A stretch of 64,000 bases of DNA from IMG/VR virus record IMGVR_UViG_3300027770_000025, positions 284,583 to 348,582 of that record. The stretch is one strand, 5' to 3'. The position numbers and the translations under genes were made by a program. How positions within the stretch are numbered: position 1 is the stretch's first letter; each line of letters starts with the position of its first letter. Below are positions 59,635-64,000 of this stretch, in pieces. The notes beneath the pieces are model-generated. The model was not told the origin of the DNA and did no database searches. It worked only from the letters and a program-made list of their open reading frames with translations.

Positions 59635-59649
59635 ATCTTATTTTTTATT

Positions 59650-60855
59650 TTATAGTGATGGCCCTTTGACCGATTTTAATATTTTAGTCTCTATAGGGGC
59701 ATTTTGTTCTATATTTTCTCCTATTATTTTTGATTTTATTATTGCTCTCTCGTGGAGCTGTTTTACGTAATCGCCAGTGTCATAATATGCTGAATTTATT
59801 AAAAGGAAACATCTAAACGGGAATGGATTTTTTCTATTCTGATTTATGAGCCTTTCGGTGCAGGTCAACATAGAATTGTAATCTTCTACACATTCAAATG
59901 TTTCTGCCATCCACATAATATGTTCATTCCTTTCACAACAGAACTGCTCTGCATACCGATAGTGATCTATTGACAATTCGTAGTCGCCAATGAATCTATA
60001 AGCGTATCCCATCAAACAAAGTGCAAGATAAGCCATCTCATTAGGAAGATGCCCTATTTTTTTATCCGCCCATCCGTTGTTTATATTCAGGTACTGCTCG
60101 AAATAAAATATACACCTTCTTGCGTACTCGTCCGCGTGATCCTTTTTGAAAGGAAATTCTGAATAATTTCCATAACAATCGGAATAACTTTTACCTAAAT
60201 ACCAAAGGTGATACATGTCATTCAGAATCTTTCCGTTTGCAACTTGGTCTATTTCAAGTTCCAAAGCATCTCTCAGAAATTTCGTAGGGGAATTCCAGGT
60301 TTGGCCATCATTAGTTATAATGTGTCTAAAAGATCTAGGTAAATTTACCCTTTGAAATCCTTCGTTATCATCTCCATATCCAGGAAGCAGTATAACTTCA
60401 TGTCTTTTATCGTGCTTAAAAATCCAGGGTAATTTAGCATTCCATAGCCATGTTCTAAAATATATGCTACCTCCAGAATCCGCAGTTATATTAAAACTCT
60501 GAATGTTTGTATTTTCTAATAATTCCCAAGCAAAATCTGAATCGACAACCAGCTGTTCATCAGCATCCATTCTAAGAATCCAATCACATCCGTGATCTGA
60601 TGTTAAACATTTTTGTAGTGCATGGTCTCTGTTAAACCCAGGATATTCCCATTTGGTCTCGTATAAGAATCCAGGGATTTGTTTTTCCCTCATGAAGTTT
60701 CTTATCAGATCCTGTGTTCCGTCTACTGATCCATTATCTTGTATAACCCAATAATCAACATACACATAGCAGGATTCAAGCATTCTTAAAATGGTATTTG
60801 CTTCATTAGCAACCATAGCATTTAAGCATATTCTACTTCTTCTTTTCATGTACAT
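59650..60855 (-). CDS. Glycosyltransferase family 2 with TPR-like C-terminus
   Basis: NEANTI, DNGSVDGT, RMDADE, HE; helical repeat C-terminus. Confidence 0.85.
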   Translation of the reverse strand: MYMKRRSRICLNAMVANEANTILRMLESCYVYVDYWVIQDNGSVDGTQDLIRNFMREKQIPGFLYETKWEYPGFNRDHALQKCLTSDHGCDWILRMDADEQLVVDSDFAWELLENTNIQSFNITADSGGSIYFRTWLWNAKLPWIFKHDKRHEVILLPGYGDDNEGFQRVNLPRSFRHIITNDGQTWNSPTKFLRDALELEIDQVANGKILNDMYHLWYLGKSYSDCYGNYSEFPFKKDHADEYARRCIFYFEQYLNINNGWADKKIGHLPNEMAYLALCLMGYAYRFIGDYELSIDHYRYAEQFCCERNEHIMWMAETFECVEDYNSMLTCTERLINQNRKNPFPFRCFLLINSAYYDTGDYVKQLHERAIIKSKIIGENIEQNAPIETKILKSVKGPSL

Positions 60856-62095
60856 AGTTTAAATAACATTCATCCACACCGAATTTAAGTCTTTCTAACC
60901 CGGAATTCTGCAATCTCGGGCTAGTTCTGGTTTCATTATCCCAATCCCAATCAACTCCTCCTATATCTAATATTCTTTGATGGATCATTTCATTATAATG
61001 ATCACGAATTAATCTAGCTCTTCTATTTATATCAATCGAATTATTGCTTGTAGTGGTGTTTTTATCGCTGTACTGGAGATATAACATCTCTTTCACATGT
61101 ATCATTCGAGTATTGATAAAAGTCCTTATAATGAGCTCAAAATCGTCCGCTACGGGAAATTTAATATTATGCCCACCTATCTTCTGGTAAATGTCTCTAC
61201 GCCATATTCTAGCGTGATTAGGCATACCTATATTAAATCTTATTGTTCTTGGATTTATATCCGCCGTATGGTGTGCTAAATACTCCTTACCGTCAGCAAC
61301 CACCATTGTGTGCCCAGCATATCCCCAGCAATATGCGTTATCATGTCGTCCGTACCAATCGCCTGATCTACCGCTATCATAGCTTTTAAATTCACCGTCA
61401 TCATAAAGTTCGCAGCAATCTGTGTATATGAAACCAGCATCCTTATATGTAATTGAAGCTTCATAGCAAATCTCAAGACAGTTGCTTATTAAAGCATCAT
61501 CATGATCCAATTCAAGAAGCCACTCACCCTCGCATAGCATAGCTGCTCTGTGCTTTGCAAGCCCTATATTACCGTTACTTATAGGGAGTATTCTATGAAT
61601 TTTAATCCTAAAATCTTTCTGTGATAGCTCGTTTAGATATTTCCATGTCAGGTCCGCATTAGAATCATCTACTATAACCCATTCCCAATCTTGCATTGTT
61701 TGAGCTTTTAGACTATCGTACATGCGATCAATCTTAATAGTGCTGGTATTATATGTTGGGGTAAATATAGAGAATTTAGGCTTGGATAAAGAGCAATTTA
61801 TAAATGTTGATTGTACAACTATATCGTTTGCTAAAACGTTATCAGGAATCTGTGAATCCCTGGAAAACATTATCTCTTTAAGTCTAAAGTCATCGACGTT
61901 TATTTGATCACCGATCGATATTATAAGATCTGGCTTATATAATGAATAATCCTCTACGACTGTATTATTATAGATCAATGAGTGGACTATTACTTCATCA
62001 AAAAGTCCTTCCTCATAATAGATATCAGATTGGAGTTTTATAGTTCCTTTTACTGGCCAGCCATAAACAATTGCACTAGGTTTTGCTGTTTGCAT
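60833..62095 (-). CDS. Glycosyltransferase family 2
   Basis: FSIFTPTYN, WEWVIVDDS, ELDHDD, ADDFEL. Confidence 0.9.
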   Translation of the reverse strand: MQTAKPSAIVYGWPVKGTIKLQSDIYYEEGLFDEVIVHSLIYNNTVVEDYSLYKPDLIISIGDQINVDDFRLKEIMFSRDSQIPDNVLANDIVVQSTFINCSLSKPKFSIFTPTYNTSTIKIDRMYDSLKAQTMQDWEWVIVDDSNADLTWKYLNELSQKDFRIKIHRILPISNGNIGLAKHRAAMLCEGEWLLELDHDDALISNCLEICYEASITYKDAGFIYTDCCELYDDGEFKSYDSGRSGDWYGRHDNAYCWGYAGHTMVVADGKEYLAHHTADINPRTIRFNIGMPNHARIWRRDIYQKIGGHNIKFPVADDFELIIRTFINTRMIHVKEMLYLQYSDKNTTTSNNSIDINRRARLIRDHYNEMIHQRILDIGGVDWDWDNETRTSPRLQNSGLERLKFGVDECYLNYVHEKKK

Positions 62096-62673
62096 TATAT
62101 CTCGGTATTAAAAAAGAATAATTGAAATAATCTTCCGTTTTCTTTACTGTCACCAAAATAGTCTAAAGAGACATGAAATAGATCTCCCCTATAAAGGGCA
62201 AGTCTATTATACACATTCCCTATTTTATCGACCATCTCCCATTTAGTGTAGTCTTGTGAATATCTATTATGAATAGCATTTGCATTCTCCTCCTCCGTGT
62301 GCTCATAATTTTTCCAATTACGGAGGCCATTTTCTTTAAGTTTAAATAATCCAGTCCCTGATGAAATAGGTGCATCTGGGGTTAGATAAAGAACACCCGC
62401 CCAATTTGTTGTATAATCAGAATGTATCCATGATCTATCAGAGGCTAAGGTGTATTGAAAAGCTCCAGTTGAATCATCGCCCCACCAAGTAACGTTTCCG
62501 GCAAAAGGTCTGATTATATCCTGAATTAATCCCTTAGAACTATCAGTCATAAAAGATGCTGTTCTCTGTCCTGGGTAATTCCCAATTGAGCTAAATTCTT
62601 GGCTAAGAGCAAAAGCCCTAACCTCATCGGGATTATCATAAAAGTCATCAACTATTAAACTTTGTACTCTCAT
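62095..62673 (-). CDS. 2OG-Fe(II) oxygenase-like protein (DUF6445-like)
   Basis: VDDFY, YPGQRT, WIHSD (HxD), WAGVLYL, YNRL...FH, RLFQLFF; middle promoter at 62695-62723. Confidence 0.75.
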   Translation of the reverse strand: MRVQSLIVDDFYDNPDEVRAFALSQEFSSIGNYPGQRTASFMTDSSKGLIQDIIRPFAGNVTWWGDDSTGAFQYTLASDRSWIHSDYTTNWAGVLYLTPDAPISSGTGLFKLKENGLRNWKNYEHTEEENANAIHNRYSQDYTKWEMVDKIGNVYNRLALYRGDLFHVSLDYFGDSKENGRLFQLFFFNTEI

Positions 62674-62831
62674 AATTTACGATATAATTTATAGATTATA
62701 CTAAAAAATTTAGCTTAGGTTCCAGTAAAATTAATAAAAGATATGGATTTTATATCCAGTATACAGTTGAATGAGTTAGGTTAAATCAGAACCATATAAT
62801 ATCAAGAAATAAATAGCTGATCGAAAAAAAA

Positions 62832-64000
62832 TTACTTTTTCTTAAGTTCCCTGAGCTCTGCAGAAAGTTCTTTAATAGCTTCTATTAATAACGGAATGAT
62901 CTTTTCGTACTTAACCCCTTTAAATCCGCTAAGTCTCGTGGTGACAACTTCAGGTAAAACCGATTCTATCTCCTGCGCGATAACTCCAACATCATGACCT
63001 TCGAATCCATGCTGATACCTATGTTCTAGTTTCCAATCAAACTCATAACCTGAGATGGATTCCACTTTACTTAGTGCGTCCGAAATTTTAACGATGTTCT
63101 GTTTTAAATCCCTATCCGAAGTAGAGAAAGCAACAATATCAGCCTCAGCATCAATCCTACCAACGACATTAGCATATCCGATTTTTCCACTACCAATATT
63201 TGGCCCTACTGCCAGTGCAGTAGTTATGACTATACCACCATTTGCTGTAGTATTCTCTGACATACTAGCGTTACCTAAAGCAGATGCGCTGGTCCAATAG
63301 GCAATACTCGGTGCGATACCTCCTGTTAAACCACCACCACCCCCTGCTGCTCCTTGTGCTCCGTTGACTCCTGAAGTTCCTGCTGATCCTGTTTTACCAC
63401 TAGATCCTGATGATCCTGCTGCTCCTTGTGCTCCTTGTGCTCCTTGTGCTCCAACTGTTCCTTGTGCTCCTTGAGCACCTGTAATACTTATACCGGCTGG
63501 TCCAACTGTTCCTTGTGCTCCTTGTGCTCCATTGACTCCTGATGTACCACTAGATCCTGCTGATCCTGCTGCTCCTTGTGCTCCTTGTGCTCCTTGTGCT
63601 CCTTGTGCTCCAACTGTTCCTTGTGCTCCTTGTGCTCCTTGTGCTCCATTGACTCCTGATGTACCACTAGATCCTGCTGAACCATCTCCTCCGTTTCCCC
63701 CATTTTTTCCTGCTGCTCCTTGTGCTCCTTGTGCTCCATTTCCTGCTGGTCCAACTGTTCCTTGTGCTCCTTGTGCTCCATTGACTCCTGATGTACCACT
63801 AGATCCTGCTGATCCTGCTGCTCCTTGTGCTCCTTGTGCTCCTTGTGCTCCTTGTGCTCCTTGTGCTCCTTGTGCTCCATTTACTCCTGATGTACCACTA
63901 GATCCTGCTGATCCTGCTGCTCCTTGTGCTCCTTGTGCTCCTTGTGCTCCTTGTGCTCCTTGTGCTCCTTGTGCTCCTTGTGCTCCTGTTTTTCCACTAG
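62832..64000 (-). CDS. Collagen-like fibre protein with C-terminal peptidase S74 intramolecular chaperone (5' end beyond window)
   Basis: Frame open from 63998: (GAQ)n [15 protein letters not shown] repeats, then [11 protein letters not shown]...GVIAQE...[17 protein letters not shown]. Confidence 0.88.
   Translation of the reverse strand, partial: SGKTGAQGAQGAQGAQGAQGAQGAQGAAGSAGSSGTSGVNGAQGAQGAQGAQGAQGAQGAAGSAGSSGTSGVNGAQGAQGTVGPAGNGAQGAQGAAGKNGGNGGDGSAGSSGTSGVNGAQGAQGAQGTVGAQGAQGAQGAQGAAGSAGSSGTSGVNGAQGAQGTVGPAGISITGAQGAQGTVGAQGAQGAQGAAGSSGSSGKTGSAGTSGVNGAQGAAGGGGGLTGGIAPSIAYWTSASALGNASMSENTTANGGIVITTALAVGPNIGSGKIGYANVVGRIDAEADIVAFSTSDRDLKQNIVKISDALSKVESISGYEFDWKLEHRYQHGFEGHDVGVIAQEIESVLPEVVTTRLSGFKGVKYEKIIPLLIEAIKELSAELRELKKK
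63343..64000 (-). repeat. Gly-X-Y collagen repeats (9-bp GGAGCACAA units and larger [12 protein letters not shown] blocks)
   Basis: Tandem TGCTCCTTG on the plus strand. Confidence 0.95.

Noticed and set aside
62832-63263. 143-aa standalone S74 protein
   Set aside because: The frame stays open to the window edge; this is the C-terminus of the collagen fibre gene
1750-63300. Numerous plus-strand ORFs of 60-155 aa (e.g. 1750..2106, 19709..20116, 27143..27610, 52092..52484)
   Set aside because: Antisense shadows of well-supported minus-strand genes, with S/F/L-rich composition and no promoter motifs
63488-63880. [13 protein letters not shown]... from the ORF track
   Set aside because: Off-frame reading of the (Gly-Ala-Gln)n collagen repeat; the Gly-X-Y frame is continuous with the S74 domain
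63343-64000. Tandem repeats as a CRISPR array
   Set aside because: Repeats are 9-bp codon-phased units with no unique spacers; no cas genes
1-64000. Alternative genetic code (stop-codon reassignment), tRNA genes, introns or inteins
   Set aside because: Long genes are intact under code 11 and end in TAA, TAG and TGA; no cloverleaf seen in the short intergenic gaps; TerL, ligase and gp44 have normal lengths

Overview
AT-rich (roughly one-third GC by eye), gene-dense fragment of a large T4-like (myovirus, probably jumbo) phage genome, standard genetic code, with almost all real genes on the minus strand. It carries T4-superfamily morphogenesis genes: major capsid gp23, a prohead protease-scaffold fusion, two tandem portal gp20 paralogs, gp2, gp4, terminase gp17, neck gp14, sheath gp18, two tube gp19 paralogs, gp26/gp51-like chaperones and baseplate genes. 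It also carries replication/nucleotide genes (ATP ligase, clamp loader, RNase H/FEN, kinases, dCMP deaminase, NUDIX, AsnB-like), two phage sigma factors, and a glycosylation cluster (Aah/TibC-like heptosyltransferase, GT4, two GT2, 2OG-Fe(II) oxygenase) next to a collagen-like fibre with an S74 chaperone. TAnnTTTG promoter boxes and AT-rich, SD-less leaders point to a Bacteroidota host. Reading the DNA directly suggests: (i) a three-tier promoter/sigma cascade with three distinct motifs; (ii) two candidate programmed frameshifts missed by the ORF track; (iii) about a dozen genes carrying a T4 capsid-targeting-like signal, including a nucleotidyltransferase; (iv) a 92-bp direct-repeat-flanked gene insertion; (v) an apparently catalytically dead UvsE. 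All protein assignments come from motif recognition only; no database searches were run.
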